Shown one piece after another: positions 26,281 to 36,613 of a stretch of DNA of 64,000 nucleotides. A model generated the notes under the pieces. It saw only the letters and a list, made by a program, of their open reading frames with translations. It searched no databases and was not told the DNA's origin. The stretch is taken from positions 1 to 64,000 of the forward strand of contig DAOORA010000008.1 in assembly GCA_035389045.1 (NCBI GenBank), written 5' to 3'. This stretch comes from Bacteroidales bacterium (GTDB taxonomy: Bacteria > Bacteroidota > Bacteroidia > Bacteroidales > CAIWKO01). The translations under genes and the position numbers were made by a program. Each line of letters begins with the position of its first letter. The stretch's first letter is position 1.

Positions 26281-26643
26281 TTAAAAAGGCAGATCGTTAA
26301 CGGGATCATTATCCCAGGGCAAATCCGTCTTTTCGTTTTGAGTTGGCTTTTCTGCAACAAACTGCGGGTTAGAAGTCTGTTCTGCAAATTCTAATTTCCA
26401 GGGTTTGACATCGGTGTACCACCGGCCATTATATTCGCGGCTTTCAAGGTCAAAAGATATTTTAACGATTTTGTTTTTATATTCCTCTTTCAGGTCAACT
26501 TTATCGTTCCAGTTTGCCATAAAAATCTTTTTTGGAAATTGCGCCTGGGTTTCAATTAAAAAATCCTGCCGTTTCCATTCCCCTTTTGCTGAAGTTCCCG
26601 TCATTACCGGGAAAATCTCAATTAATTTTCCTGTTATTTCCAT
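26281..26643 (-). CDS. DUF3127 family protein
   Basis: MEITGK, GEWKRQDF, QFPKK, SREYNGRWYT, C-terminal DLPF. Confidence 0.9.
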   Translation of the reverse strand: MEITGKLIEIFPVMTGTSAKGEWKRQDFLIETQAQFPKKIFMANWNDKVDLKEEYKNKIVKISFDLESREYNGRWYTDVKPWKLEFAEQTSNPQFVAEKPTQNEKTDLPWDNDPVNDLPF

Positions 26644-26801
26644 TGTGGTTATTAATTTATTTTCTATCGTAAAAATAATATTTTTTATTCATCTGGCGAA
26701 GACAAAATATATTTTTCAGGACAATGAATTTTTCATTACTTACCCCTCATATTCCCAAAAAAATATTGTTTATCAACATTTTAACAAGCCACTGCTTTAA
26801 T

Positions 26802-26840
26802 AAAAAAACCCTGTCAGATTCTCTGCATTCCGACAGGGTT
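26802..26840 (-). terminator. Intrinsic terminator after the peptidase
   Basis: AAACCCTGTC...GACAGGGTTT stem with a T-run on the minus strand. Confidence 0.75.
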
Positions 26841-26897
26841 TGAACAATAAAACAATCAGTTATCTTAAGCTGCTGGTTTACTTATTTGAATACGGTA

Positions 26898-28598
26898 TTA
26901 ATCCACAAACTGCTTTGCATAATATTTGGCAGTGAGTTTTTCGCCCGTGGCTTTTTCGATCATGTCGTTCCATTCATATTTCATACCGGGCTTGAAAACC
27001 TTGTCGATAAAGTAATTTCCGATTTCGGGTTTATCAGAAAAGTTGATGGATTTTATATCATCCGTGTTATAAATGTTCTTCGCGATATTGTAAGTAAACT
27101 GGGAAGCCAGCAATTCTCCCAACAAGTAATTATGATAGTAACAGGGATACAATGCTATATGTATTTTGGATGCCCAGTCGGGTTCGTTGCGATCAGCGGG
27201 ACGTTTGAGCATCTGGTATTTTTCCACGAGATCCCACCATAATTTGTTCAGGTCCTGATCGGGGTTTTCGTACATCGCTTTTTCAAAACGGTACATCACC
27301 TGTGCCCAGCGGCTGAATGTAAGCTGTTCGAGACGTAAGGTTTTGTGACAGTCGCCGGCAATTTTATCGGCCTCCTCCTGTGAAATGCCAAGATTTTTGA
27401 TCATCCATTGCGGATTTGAGGCAAACCGGCCAAAAAACATAGCAATAGCTTCGGTAGTAAAGGTATGAGCTGCATCGCGCAGGAAGAAGGGTAATTCGCG
27501 GTCGGTGTATTTGGTATAAACAGCGTGTCCGAATTCGTGAAGCAGGGTGTTCATCCAATTAGCATTGTTTTGAGTGTTGCATAAAACACGCACATCGCCC
27601 TCCTTGTCGATGTCAATGCAGAACGCATGCTGATTTTTGCCTTTGCGTTCAAACATATCGCTATTTTTCAGCATATCTTCTATATCCAGGCCGATACCTT
27701 TATAATACGATTTGGTGACCTCAATTATATCCTTGCCTTTATAATATCCATCCAGATCAACAGGGTAGATTTGGGGAGCTTCCTGAAAAAAACGGTTCTG
27801 ATAATGCCAGGGCATCAGTTCTTCTTTTTTTACCTTATAACGCTGTGCAAAATAATCATCCATCTCATTTTTCAGCTGTGCAAAAGCATCGCGGGTAAGA
27901 TCATCAAGTTCATTGAAAAGTTTTTCGATCTCAGCAGGATCCTGCTCGCTCAGTTTGAGACTCATTTCGTGGTAATTTTTATAACCCAGTTCTTTAGCTG
28001 CTTCGTTTCTCATTTTTACCAGTTCAATGACCTGTGGAGAAACAACAGCTCCTGATTTCTTGGTAGCTTTCCAGGTTTCTTCCAGTAATTTATTATCAGT
28101 GCTGCTGCGCAAGGTTGCTTCGATCTGATTATCTGTTAACGTATCCTTGCCCACCACGGGACGGAAATTATTAAACGCCTGTGAGATCTTCGACTGAAGA
28201 TCGATCATTGCATGGGTTTTCGCCGTATCGATCTGCTCACCCATAAAAGCATTATAAATAACGTCGAGCTGACGTTTTAACAACGATTCTTTTATGTTGC
28301 CCGATTCTTTGAATGCTTTAACTTTCGCAAATTCATCTTTATTGGCAAAAATCTGTGTCATTTTAAATTCCAGATCGGCTGCTTTGGTATATTCTTCTTC
28401 TTTGCCGGATGTTTCGGCATTCCACGAAGCGGTACAAGCATCCTTATAAAGGGGTGCAACTTTTGCTTCCAGGCTTTTGACAAATTCTTTAAATTCCATT
28501 TCTGATTTTTTTTGTGTATCCCCGCAACCTGCCAGAAACCAGGTGGCCATAATTACGCCTGTTGTAAGAAACAGGACTTGAACTGATTTTTTTTTCAT
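26898..28598 (-). CDS. M2/M3-family metallopeptidase lipoprotein (peptidyl-dipeptidase A-like)
   Basis: Lipobox LAGC; LLHEFGH, TTEAIAM, WASKIHI, YYHNYLLG. Confidence 0.85.
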   Translation of the reverse strand: MKKKSVQVLFLTTGVIMATWFLAGCGDTQKKSEMEFKEFVKSLEAKVAPLYKDACTASWNAETSGKEEEYTKAADLEFKMTQIFANKDEFAKVKAFKESGNIKESLLKRQLDVIYNAFMGEQIDTAKTHAMIDLQSKISQAFNNFRPVVGKDTLTDNQIEATLRSSTDNKLLEETWKATKKSGAVVSPQVIELVKMRNEAAKELGYKNYHEMSLKLSEQDPAEIEKLFNELDDLTRDAFAQLKNEMDDYFAQRYKVKKEELMPWHYQNRFFQEAPQIYPVDLDGYYKGKDIIEVTKSYYKGIGLDIEDMLKNSDMFERKGKNQHAFCIDIDKEGDVRVLCNTQNNANWMNTLLHEFGHAVYTKYTDRELPFFLRDAAHTFTTEAIAMFFGRFASNPQWMIKNLGISQEEADKIAGDCHKTLRLEQLTFSRWAQVMYRFEKAMYENPDQDLNKLWWDLVEKYQMLKRPADRNEPDWASKIHIALYPCYYHNYLLGELLASQFTYNIAKNIYNTDDIKSINFSDKPEIGNYFIDKVFKPGMKYEWNDMIEKATGEKLTAKYYAKQFVD

Positions 28599-28614
28599 AG
28601 CTTGTTATTTTGGT

Positions 28615-29331
28615 TTATTGTTTTGCTTTTACCGATATTAATTCGACTTTAAAAATCAATGCAGCGCCGCCGGGTATCTGCCCATAGCCGCTGTCGCCAT
28701 AACCCAGTTCAGAAGGAATAAAAAATTCGTATACAGCACCTTCATTCATCAGTTGCAGGCCTTCTGTCCAGCCTTTGATAACACCGTTGAGCGGAAATGA
28801 CACCGGTTCGTTACGGTCATAAGAGGAATCAAAAATTTCACCGTTAAGAAATTTGCCTTCATAATTAACGGTAACTTCATCGTCGGGTCCCGGTTTTTTT
28901 CCGGGTCCCGGTTTTATTATTATATATTGCAGCCCGCTTGCAAGCTCAACCACACCATCTTTTGCCCTGTTCTCCTGCAAAAAAGCCTGTGCGGCCAGTT
29001 TGTTTTTTTTCGATTCCTCCAAAATCCGTGTTTGCTGTCTGACCTGCAGCTCTTTCTGGAATTTGGACATAATTTTCTGGCGTGCATCCAACGAAAATAA
29101 GGTATCGTCTTCTTTCATGCTTTTGCGGAAGGCAGCCACAAAAACGTCGGAATTAATTTCAATATTGTTTTTTTTAAAATTCAGGGCAACATCCGATCCC
29201 AGTATATAGCTTACCGTGTCGTTGATGGTTTTCAGTTTGATATCAACGCTGTTGGTATTTTGGCTTGTTTTGCATGACAATACCAATACCGGCAAAAGAC
29301 AGACAAAGATCAAAGCAATTTTGCTTCTCAT
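28615..29331 (-). CDS. FKBP-type peptidyl-prolyl isomerase lipoprotein
   Basis: LSC lipobox, SGLQY, VNYEG, FDSS, VIKGWTEGL, IPSELGYG; start MRSKIA at 29331. Confidence 0.93.
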   Translation of the reverse strand: MRSKIALIFVCLLPVLVLSCKTSQNTNSVDIKLKTINDTVSYILGSDVALNFKKNNIEINSDVFVAAFRKSMKEDDTLFSLDARQKIMSKFQKELQVRQQTRILEESKKNKLAAQAFLQENRAKDGVVELASGLQYIIIKPGPGKKPGPDDEVTVNYEGKFLNGEIFDSSYDRNEPVSFPLNGVIKGWTEGLQLMNEGAVYEFFIPSELGYGDSGYGQIPGGAALIFKVELISVKAKQ

Positions 29332-29375
29332 GTAAGGGCTTTTTACAAAAGTAAATAATAAACAAAATGAAACGA

Positions 29376-29415
29376 ACAAAAAAAGCTGTTGCAGAAACCA
29401 CAACAGCTTTTTTGT
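29376..29415 (-). terminator. Terminator between the two FKBP genes
   Basis: AAAAAAGCTGTTG / CAACAGCTTTTTT; separate TACTTTTG box at 29346-29353 (minus) for the downstream FKBP. Confidence 0.75.
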
Positions 29416-29436
29416 CATAACAAGTTCCAAAATAAA

Positions 29437-30180
29437 TTATTGCATGGGCTGCTGGGGCTGCTGAGCGCCGGCTTCCACTTTTAAAAGATCCACCTTAAAA
29501 ATTAATGTGGAACCGCCCGGGATACTTTGATTACCCTGATCGCCATAGGCCAGATCAGAAGGAATATACAGTTCGTATGAACCGCCTTCTTTCATAAGCT
29601 GCAAACCTTCGGTCCATCCCGGAATGACAGCGTTAACAGCAAAAGTTTCGGGTTTTTTACGCTCAAAAGAGGAATCAAAGATAGTTCCGTCAATGAGTTT
29701 TCCCTCATAATTAACAGTTACACGGTCGGTAGCTTTTGGCATTTTGCCTGAGCCTTCTTTAACCACTTTGTACTGAAGGCCGCTCTGTGTCTGGGTTATA
29801 CCGGGCTGTTTTTTGTTCTCTTCAAGAAATTGCATACCCGCTTGTTTATTCGGACCAGCGGCCTGTGCCATTTTTTCAGCCTGTTTTTGCTGCATATCCT
29901 TCTGGAACTGCATCATTATATTTTGTTTGTCTTCTTTTGAAAAAGTCACGGTGTCAAGTCCTTCGAGCGCATCTTTGAAGCCCTGAACAAGAGCTGCAGA
30001 CGGCAGATCAAGGGAGTCGGATGCAATGTTCTTTTTAAGATTCTCACCGATGTTGGCTCCGATTACATAAGCCACAGAATCATTCCCGGTTTTAAGGTCG
30101 GCTTTGTTATTATTTCCGCACGAAACAATAAGAAGCATAGCCATTGCTACTAAAGAAATTGATAAAGAGATGTTTTTCAT
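29437..30180 (-). CDS. FKBP-type peptidyl-prolyl isomerase lipoprotein
   Basis: VSC lipobox, SGLQYKV, FDSS, VIPGWTEGL, IPSDLAYG; start MKNISL at 30180. Confidence 0.93.
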   Translation of the reverse strand: MKNISLSISLVAMAMLLIVSCGNNNKADLKTGNDSVAYVIGANIGENLKKNIASDSLDLPSAALVQGFKDALEGLDTVTFSKEDKQNIMMQFQKDMQQKQAEKMAQAAGPNKQAGMQFLEENKKQPGITQTQSGLQYKVVKEGSGKMPKATDRVTVNYEGKLIDGTIFDSSFERKKPETFAVNAVIPGWTEGLQLMKEGGSYELYIPSDLAYGDQGNQSIPGGSTLIFKVDLLKVEAGAQQPQQPMQ

Positions 30181-30342
30181 GATACTTTTTTTTTGATTTG
30201 ACAAATTTTGGGCAAAATTACAAATTATAATAATATGGCAATATATTTTTTATCACATGGCTTTAGTATCAAATCTTTTTTTCGCCGGATAAAAATATTA
30301 ACATAAAAATGTTGGTAATTTTGCTAATTGAAAAAATAATAG

Positions 30343-30350
30343 TACATTTG
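30343..30350 (+). promoter_or_regulatory. Bacteroidota -7 promoter box for the rplM operon
   Basis: TACATTTG with a TTTG element at about 30320. Confidence 0.75.
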
Positions 30351-30398
30351 CACCCCAATTTTGAGAGAAAACAGGTTTAGATACTGAAATTCAATATA

Positions 30399-30857
30399 AT
30401 GATGGATACAATAAGTTATAAAACACGTTCCGCCAATGACGAGATCATAGTAAAAGACTGGTTGTTGGTTGATGCAGAAAATGAGATCTTAGGCAGACTG
30501 GCAACCAAAGTGGCTGTTTTGCTCAGAGGAAAGCACAAAACCTATTACACCCCGAACCTGAACTGCGGGGATAATGTAATAATAATCAATGCTGAAAAAA
30601 TCAGGTTCACGGGCAAAAAACTGACCGACAAGGAATACGTAAGGCATACGGGTTACCCCGGAGGGCAACGTTTTACGACACCAAAGCAGTATCTTGCAAA
30701 GAAACCTGAAAAAATCCTTGAATTGGCCGTCAGAGGTATGTTGCCCAAAAACAGCCTGGGCGATGATATGTACAGGCATCTTTTTGTTTATGCCGGTGAG
30801 AAACATCCGCATGAAGCACAGAAACCCAGTAAATTAAATCTTAACACTATTAAATAA
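30399..30857 (+). CDS. rplM: 50S ribosomal protein L13
   Basis: LGRLAT, LRGKHK, HTGYPGG, VRGMLPKN, HPHEAQKP. Confidence 0.98.
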   Translation: MMDTISYKTRSANDEIIVKDWLLVDAENEILGRLATKVAVLLRGKHKTYYTPNLNCGDNVIIINAEKIRFTGKKLTDKEYVRHTGYPGGQRFTTPKQYLAKKPEKILELAVRGMLPKNSLGDDMYRHLFVYAGEKHPHEAQKPSKLNLNTIK

Positions 30858-30859
30858 TC

Positions 30860-31246
30860 ATGGAAGTAATTCATACCATAGGAAGAAGAAAAACTGCCGT
30901 TGCCCGTATTTTTATTAAGGAAGGAAAAGGCGAAATACAAGTAAACAGCAAGGATTACAAAGAATACTTTCCAACACCCACATTGCAATATGTGGTCAAC
31001 CAACCCCTGGAGCTGACGAATTCTATTGAAAAATATGACATTAAAGCCAACATCAACGGCGGAGGATTCAACGGACAGGCAGAAGCTTTGTCGCTTGCTA
31101 TCTCCCGTGCTTTATGCCAAATCAGCGAAGAAAACCGTCCCGTACTGAAACCCAAAATGCTTCTCCGGAGAGATCCGAGAATGGTAGAACGTAAAAAACC
31201 CGGACAGAAAAAAGCAAGAAAAAGATTCCAGTTCAGCAAGCGTTAG
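30860..31246 (+). CDS. rpsI: 30S ribosomal protein S9
   Basis: GRRKTAVAR, RDPRMVERKKPG, QFSKR. Confidence 0.98.
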   Translation: MEVIHTIGRRKTAVARIFIKEGKGEIQVNSKDYKEYFPTPTLQYVVNQPLELTNSIEKYDIKANINGGGFNGQAEALSLAISRALCQISEENRPVLKPKMLLRRDPRMVERKKPGQKKARKRFQFSKR

Positions 31247-31257
31247 TATTTACGCAT

Positions 31258-31340
31258 GTTTAGTATCTAAATTGCCAAGACTATCCGTCAGGGGATACTA
31301 CCTGGCAATTGACTTTTAGAAAGTAACAAAGAAAGTAAAC
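31258..31340 (+). promoter_or_regulatory. Candidate structured rpsB leader RNA
   Basis: AATTGCCA/TGGCAATT stem enclosing TATCC/GGATA; outer GTTTA/TAAAC; no U-tract. Confidence 0.5.
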
Positions 31341-31359
31341 ATAAATCAAATCAAAATTC

Positions 31360-32316
31360 ATGAACCAATTACAATTTGACCAATTATTGGATGCCGGAGT
31401 ACATTTCGGACATCTGAAAAGAAAGTGGAATCCCGCTATGGCGCCGTATATTTTTATGGAACGCAACGGTATTCATATTATTGACCTTTACAAGACCATC
31501 GCCAAAGCCGATGAAGCGGCTGCAGCGCTTAAACAGATTGCAAAATCCGGTAAAAAAATATTGTTTGTGGCAACAAAAAAACAGGCGAAAGAAATCGTCG
31601 GTGAACTGGTTCGTGGTGTCAACATGCCTTATGTTACCGAGCGCTGGCCCGGCGGAATGCTCACCAATTTTGCAACGATCCGTAAAGCCGTCAGAAAAAT
31701 GGCTGCTATTGATAAGATGAAGACCGATGAGACATTCAACAAAATATCCAAACGTGAACGTCTTCAAATCATACGTGAACGCGCCAAACTCGAAAAAAAC
31801 TTAGGCAGTATCGCCGACCTTACCCGACTCCCTTCAGCCATATTCATCGTTGATATCCTCAAAGAAAGAATTGCTGTGAACGAAGCAAAAAAACTCAACA
31901 TCCCGACCTTTGCCATTGTTGACACCAACTCAAACCCCAACGAAGTTGATTACGCCATACCAGCCAATGATGACGCATCGAAATCTATTGCGTTGATATT
32001 GAAATATATGACACAAGCCATCGAAGAAGGAATCGCTGAACGTAAAGTAGCAAAAGATATTCAGGACAGAGAAGATGAAGAAGATAAAGATGATATTATC
32101 ATTGAAAAATCCAGCCTGAAATCAATCGAAGAACAGGAAGAGGAAGAAGAAGCCAAAACATTGAAAAAAGCAGCCATAAAAAAAGAACTGGCCGCTAAAA
32201 CCAAAGACGGAGATATCACCGGCGAACCTGAAGAGGAAACCGAAGAAAAAAAAGCCCGTAAACCCGTAGCCGTTAAAAAACCTGTCGCAGGCAAAAAAAC
32301 GATAACCAAAAAATAA
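31360..32316 (+). CDS. rpsB: 30S ribosomal protein S2
   Basis: AGVHFGH, WNPAM, RWPGGMLTN, IPANDDA. Confidence 0.98.
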   Translation: MNQLQFDQLLDAGVHFGHLKRKWNPAMAPYIFMERNGIHIIDLYKTIAKADEAAAALKQIAKSGKKILFVATKKQAKEIVGELVRGVNMPYVTERWPGGMLTNFATIRKAVRKMAAIDKMKTDETFNKISKRERLQIIRERAKLEKNLGSIADLTRLPSAIFIVDILKERIAVNEAKKLNIPTFAIVDTNSNPNEVDYAIPANDDASKSIALILKYMTQAIEEGIAERKVAKDIQDREDEEDKDDIIIEKSSLKSIEEQEEEEEAKTLKKAAIKKELAAKTKDGDITGEPEEETEEKKARKPVAVKKPVAGKKTITKK

Positions 32317-32350
32317 ACATTAACATTAACATCTTTATTCGAATAATAAA

Positions 32351-33187
32351 ATGGCAAATATAACAGCAGCCGAAGTAAACAAATTAAGGCAAATGACCGG
32401 CGCCGGAATGATGGATTGTAAACAGGCCCTGGTTGAATGTGAAGGAGATTATGAAAAAGCTATTGATTTCCTCCGTAAAAAAGGCCAGAAAGTAGCCAAC
32501 AAACGCGCCGACCGCGAAACATCCGAAGGCCTTGTTATCGCTAAAACATCTGAAGACGCCCGCTTTGGGATCATTACGATGTTGAACTGCGAAACAGACT
32601 TTGTGGCAAAAAACCAGGAATTTATTGATCTTGCAAATGCAATCGCATCACTATCACTGGAACACAAACCCAAGACACTCGACGAACTGAAAAACATTAA
32701 AATCAACGAAAGAGCCATTGCCGAGCATGTCAGCGATTACATGGGTAAAACAGGCGAAAAAATCGAACTGAACGAATACCAGTTCATTGAAGCCCCCAGG
32801 GTTTTTGTATACAACCACATGGGCAATAAATTAGCTTCCATGTTGGGATTCAATAAATCAGAAGGTAAAGACATCGACCAGTTCGGGAAAGATATTGCCA
32901 TGCAGATCGCCGCAATGAGTCCCGTAGCCATTGATAAAGAAAGCGTTGATCCTTCCATTATTGAAAGAGAAATCGAGATCGGCAAGGAACAGGCCCGTGC
33001 AGAAGGCAAAGCAGAAGAAATGCTCGAAAAAATTGCACTCGGAAAACTCAATAAATTCTTTAAAGAAAGTACTCTTTTAAACCAGGAATTCATTAAGGAC
33101 AGTAAAAAAAATGTAGGCCAGTACCTTATGGAATGTGACAAAGACCTCAAGATTACCGGATTCAAAAGAGTATCTGTAAAAAATTAA
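32351..33187 (+). CDS. tsf: Elongation factor Ts
   Basis: LRQMTGAGMMDCK, NCETDFVA. Confidence 0.98.
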   Translation: MANITAAEVNKLRQMTGAGMMDCKQALVECEGDYEKAIDFLRKKGQKVANKRADRETSEGLVIAKTSEDARFGIITMLNCETDFVAKNQEFIDLANAIASLSLEHKPKTLDELKNIKINERAIAEHVSDYMGKTGEKIELNEYQFIEAPRVFVYNHMGNKLASMLGFNKSEGKDIDQFGKDIAMQIAAMSPVAIDKESVDPSIIEREIEIGKEQARAEGKAEEMLEKIALGKLNKFFKESTLLNQEFIKDSKKNVGQYLMECDKDLKITGFKRVSVKN

Positions 33188-33204
33188 TATATTTTCATTT
33201 AATA

Positions 33205-33237
33205 AAAAAGAGAGGGCCTATGTCCTCTCTTTTTTTT
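33205..33237 (+). terminator. Intrinsic terminator after tsf
   Basis: AAAAAGAGAGG...CCTCTCTTTTT. Confidence 0.8.
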
Positions 33238-33263
33238 ATTTTTGCTCCTCGAAAATACATTGC

Positions 33264-33971
33264 ATGAAATATAAAAGGATATTATTAAAACTAAGCGGTG
33301 AATCGCTGACCGGCAGCAAAGACTATGGTTTTGATGCCGAACGTCTGGAATGGTACGCAAGCGAAATCAAGAAGATTCACGACCTGGGTATTCAGATAGC
33401 CATTGTAATCGGCGGAGGAAATATTTTCAGAGGACTGAAAGGGAATAACTTTGGCATCGGCAGGGTTCACGGCGATTATATGGGCATGCTTGCCACGGTG
33501 ATCAATGGACTGGCATTGCAAGCTGCTTTCGTTAGCAAGGGAATGAAATGTAAACTGTTATCCGGGATTAGAATCGACCCGGTGTGCGAACTCACCAGTG
33601 GGCCAAAAACCATACAGCATCTCGAAAAGGGTGAAATTGTAGTCATTACGGGGGGCACAGGCAATCCGTTTTTTACCACCGATACGGCAGCCGTGCTACG
33701 CGCCCTGGAAACCGGCGCCGATGTGGTTTTAAAAGGCACACGGGTTGACGGCATTTATTCGGCAGACCCCGAAAAAGTTCCTGAAGCCAAAAAATATGAC
33801 AGCCTCACCTATGACGAAGCCTACGAAAAAGGTCTCCAGATCATGGATATGACCGCATTTACGTTATGCAAAGACAATAAACTGCCGCTGGTGGTTTTCA
33901 ATATGAACAAAGAAGAAAACTTACTGAAAATAATACTCGGAGAACCCGTTGGCACCTTAGTTACAAATTAA
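33264..33971 (+). CDS. pyrH: UMP kinase
   Basis: KRILLKLSGE, GGGNIFRG, DYMGMLAT, PFFTTD. Confidence 0.97.
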   Translation: MKYKRILLKLSGESLTGSKDYGFDAERLEWYASEIKKIHDLGIQIAIVIGGGNIFRGLKGNNFGIGRVHGDYMGMLATVINGLALQAAFVSKGMKCKLLSGIRIDPVCELTSGPKTIQHLEKGEIVVITGGTGNPFFTTDTAAVLRALETGADVVLKGTRVDGIYSADPEKVPEAKKYDSLTYDEAYEKGLQIMDMTAFTLCKDNKLPLVVFNMNKEENLLKIILGEPVGTLVTN

Positions 33972-33995
33972 TCTGAAACCAATAAAAACATTATC

Positions 33996-34559
33996 ATGTC
34001 CGAAGAAATAGATTTTTTACTGGAAGAAACCGCCGAAAGCATGCAAAATGCTATTGTCCACCTTGAAAAGGAATTTCAGAAAATCCGCACCGGGAAAGCC
34101 AGTGCCCAGATGTTAGACGGGATCAGGATAGATTATTATGGAGCCATGACCCCGCTGGAACAACTTTCCAATATCAACACACCGGATCCCCGCCAGATCA
34201 TCATCCAGCCCTGGGATAAAAATATTCTGCCATTGATAGAAAAAGCCATCATGGCTGCCAACCTTGGCTTCAACCCGAAAAATGACGGGGAGGTGCTTCG
34301 TATCATTGTACCCCCGCTCACCGAAGAACGTCGTAAAGACCTGGCAAAAAAAGCACGTATCGAAGGTGAAAATGCTAAAATTGCCATCAGAAATATCCGG
34401 CGAACATCCAACGATTCGGCAAAAAAACTTGAAAAAGAAGGAGTCCCTGAAGACCTTATTAAAAAAGCTCAGGACAGTATTCAGGAAATGACGGACAATT
34501 ATATAGCAAAAGCAGATAAACTGCTTGCCATGAAAGAAAAAGACATCATGACGGTATAA
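33996..34559 (+). CDS. frr: Ribosome recycling factor
   Basis: IRTGKA, IDYYG, PPLTEERRK, IRNIRR. Confidence 0.97.
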   Translation: MSEEIDFLLEETAESMQNAIVHLEKEFQKIRTGKASAQMLDGIRIDYYGAMTPLEQLSNINTPDPRQIIIQPWDKNILPLIEKAIMAANLGFNPKNDGEVLRIIVPPLTEERRKDLAKKARIEGENAKIAIRNIRRTSNDSAKKLEKEGVPEDLIKKAQDSIQEMTDNYIAKADKLLAMKEKDIMTV

Positions 34560-34594
34560 TCCCGGCCAATCTCAGTATCCCGGTACGATTCGTT

Positions 34595-35539
34595 TTACAG
34601 GAATACCGGATTTTCAATCAGTTTTTTTATCCCCTCATCTATGGATAACATCGGCCGCCCAATCAGCTTTCTCATCTTTGTGGTATCCGGCAAACGCCTG
34701 TTCATATCCCCCTCTTCCAAAGGCGGCTTGTGAACTATCTTTGATGACGAATTGGTCAACTGTATGATTTTTTTAGCCAGGTCGAGAATCGTTATTTCAT
34801 TATCGTTGCCAATATTGATAATGTCGTTGGTTGTATCGTGATCTATCACCGAATTCCTGAAACTGGCATAACAGGCATCAATATTATCGTCCACGTAACA
34901 AAAAGTCCTCGACTGAGTGCCGTCTCCATAAATAGTGATATTCTGATTCTTCATAGCAAAAGCCAAAAAACGCGACATGACAAAATCCCTGCTTTGCTTT
35001 GGCCCGTATGTATTAAAAAATCTGAAGATCGTATAGTCCAGACCATATTCTTTATAATACGATTTCAGGTATGCTTCCCCGATATTTTTGACAACGGCGT
35101 ACGGTACTCTTGAATTAAGCGGGGTTGTATACTCATTTTGAGGCAGATCTACCGGCTCACCGTATACCTCCGATGAAGAAGAGAAATATACACGTTTTAC
35201 ATGAGAGTTTTTACTCAGGTTTAAAATGTTGGATATCCCTTTAATATCATTAAGCACTTTGACAGGATAATGCTGTGTACGCTGAACCCCTACCACAGCG
35301 GCATAATGAAATACATAGTCGAAGGGAAAAGAAAGCATCACTGCAGAAATGTCCCTGTAATCATTGCAGTTGCATTTTATGAAACGCCAGTTTTTACCCT
35401 GTGCCCGGGGCAGTTTCGACACATCACCGGTACTCAGATCGTCTACGATAACAACATAATTGTCGGGATCACTGATCATTTTTTCAGCCAGGCAGCTTCC
35501 GATAAAACCCGCTCCGCCAGTAATTAAAATTGTTCTCAT
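34595..35539 (-). CDS. NAD-dependent nucleotide-sugar epimerase/dehydratase
   Basis: TGGAGFIGS, SSSEVYG, YxxxK, RFFNTYGP. Confidence 0.9.
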   Translation of the reverse strand: MRTILITGGAGFIGSCLAEKMISDPDNYVVIVDDLSTGDVSKLPRAQGKNWRFIKCNCNDYRDISAVMLSFPFDYVFHYAAVVGVQRTQHYPVKVLNDIKGISNILNLSKNSHVKRVYFSSSSEVYGEPVDLPQNEYTTPLNSRVPYAVVKNIGEAYLKSYYKEYGLDYTIFRFFNTYGPKQSRDFVMSRFLAFAMKNQNITIYGDGTQSRTFCYVDDNIDACYASFRNSVIDHDTTNDIINIGNDNEITILDLAKKIIQLTNSSSKIVHKPPLEEGDMNRRLPDTTKMRKLIGRPMLSIDEGIKKLIENPVFL

Positions 35540-35544
35540 TTGTT

Positions 35545-36405
35545 TTATTCTAAAATTTTTAAAAGATACTCTCCATAACCGGATTTTATGTACTTCTCAC
35601 CCAGGGCTTTCAACTGTGGCGCCCCGATGAACCCCATACGGTACGCCACTTCTTCAATACAGCCGATTTTCAGGTCCTGCCGGTCCTCAATAACCTGAAC
35701 AAACTGTGAAGCCTGCAACAGTGATGAAAAAGTGCCCGTATCAAGCCAGGCGGTTCCTCTGGTGAGTATCCCCACCTTAAGCTTATGCTGCTCCAGATAA
35801 TATTTATTAACGTCCGTTATCTCATATTCACCACGTTTGCTGGGTTTTATATTTTTGGCTACCTCCACCACCGAATTATCATAAAAATAAAGCCCCGGAA
35901 CCGCAAAATTCGATTTGGGCTGTTCGGGTTTTTCTTCAATGGAGACAGCCCGGAAGTTCTGATCAAATTCCACCACGCCATATCGTTCCGGATCCGAAAC
36001 ATGATAAGCAAAAACCACCCCTCCGTCAGGATTATTATTTTCCTGTAAAAGCCGCTGTAATCCGGTACCGTAAAAAATATTATCGCCCAGTATCAAAGCG
36101 ACTTTATCATTTCCGATAAAATCCTCACCTATGACAAAAGCCTGTGCCAGGCCATTGGGGACTTCCTGTTTTGCATAGCTGAACTTACAACCCAGCTCGC
36201 GGCCATCACCGAGCAACCGTTCAAAGTTTGGAAGGTCGTATGGCGTAGAGATGATAAGTATTTCAGAAATCCCTGCCATCATCAGCACCGATAGGGGATA
36301 ATAAATCATCGGCTTGTCGTACACAGGCATCATCTGCTTACTCACTGCAATGGTCAGAGGATAAAGACGGGTGCCGGAACCGCCGGCAAGAATTATTCCT
36401 TTCAT
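35545..36405 (-). CDS. rfbA: Glucose-1-phosphate thymidylyltransferase
   Basis: [39 protein letters not shown]. Confidence 0.97.
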   Translation of the reverse strand: MKGIILAGGSGTRLYPLTIAVSKQMMPVYDKPMIYYPLSVLMMAGISEILIISTPYDLPNFERLLGDGRELGCKFSYAKQEVPNGLAQAFVIGEDFIGNDKVALILGDNIFYGTGLQRLLQENNNPDGGVVFAYHVSDPERYGVVEFDQNFRAVSIEEKPEQPKSNFAVPGLYFYDNSVVEVAKNIKPSKRGEYEITDVNKYYLEQHKLKVGILTRGTAWLDTGTFSSLLQASQFVQVIEDRQDLKIGCIEEVAYRMGFIGAPQLKALGEKYIKSGYGEYLLKILE

Positions 36406-36613
36406 CTCTTGGCTTTTTAATTATGATTTTGCTTCAAAATTAGCATAAAAAAAAGTAAAAGTACAATATTTCCTGATATTAACATGCCATTTATTATGGG
36501 CAGAAAACATCCCGGCGCAAAACAATCATGGTGCGGGTATTAAAGAAAAATTCTATCTTTACACGTGCTGATTTTTGGCTTAAATTTTGTATTTTCTCCA
36601 ATAAAGACCTGCC

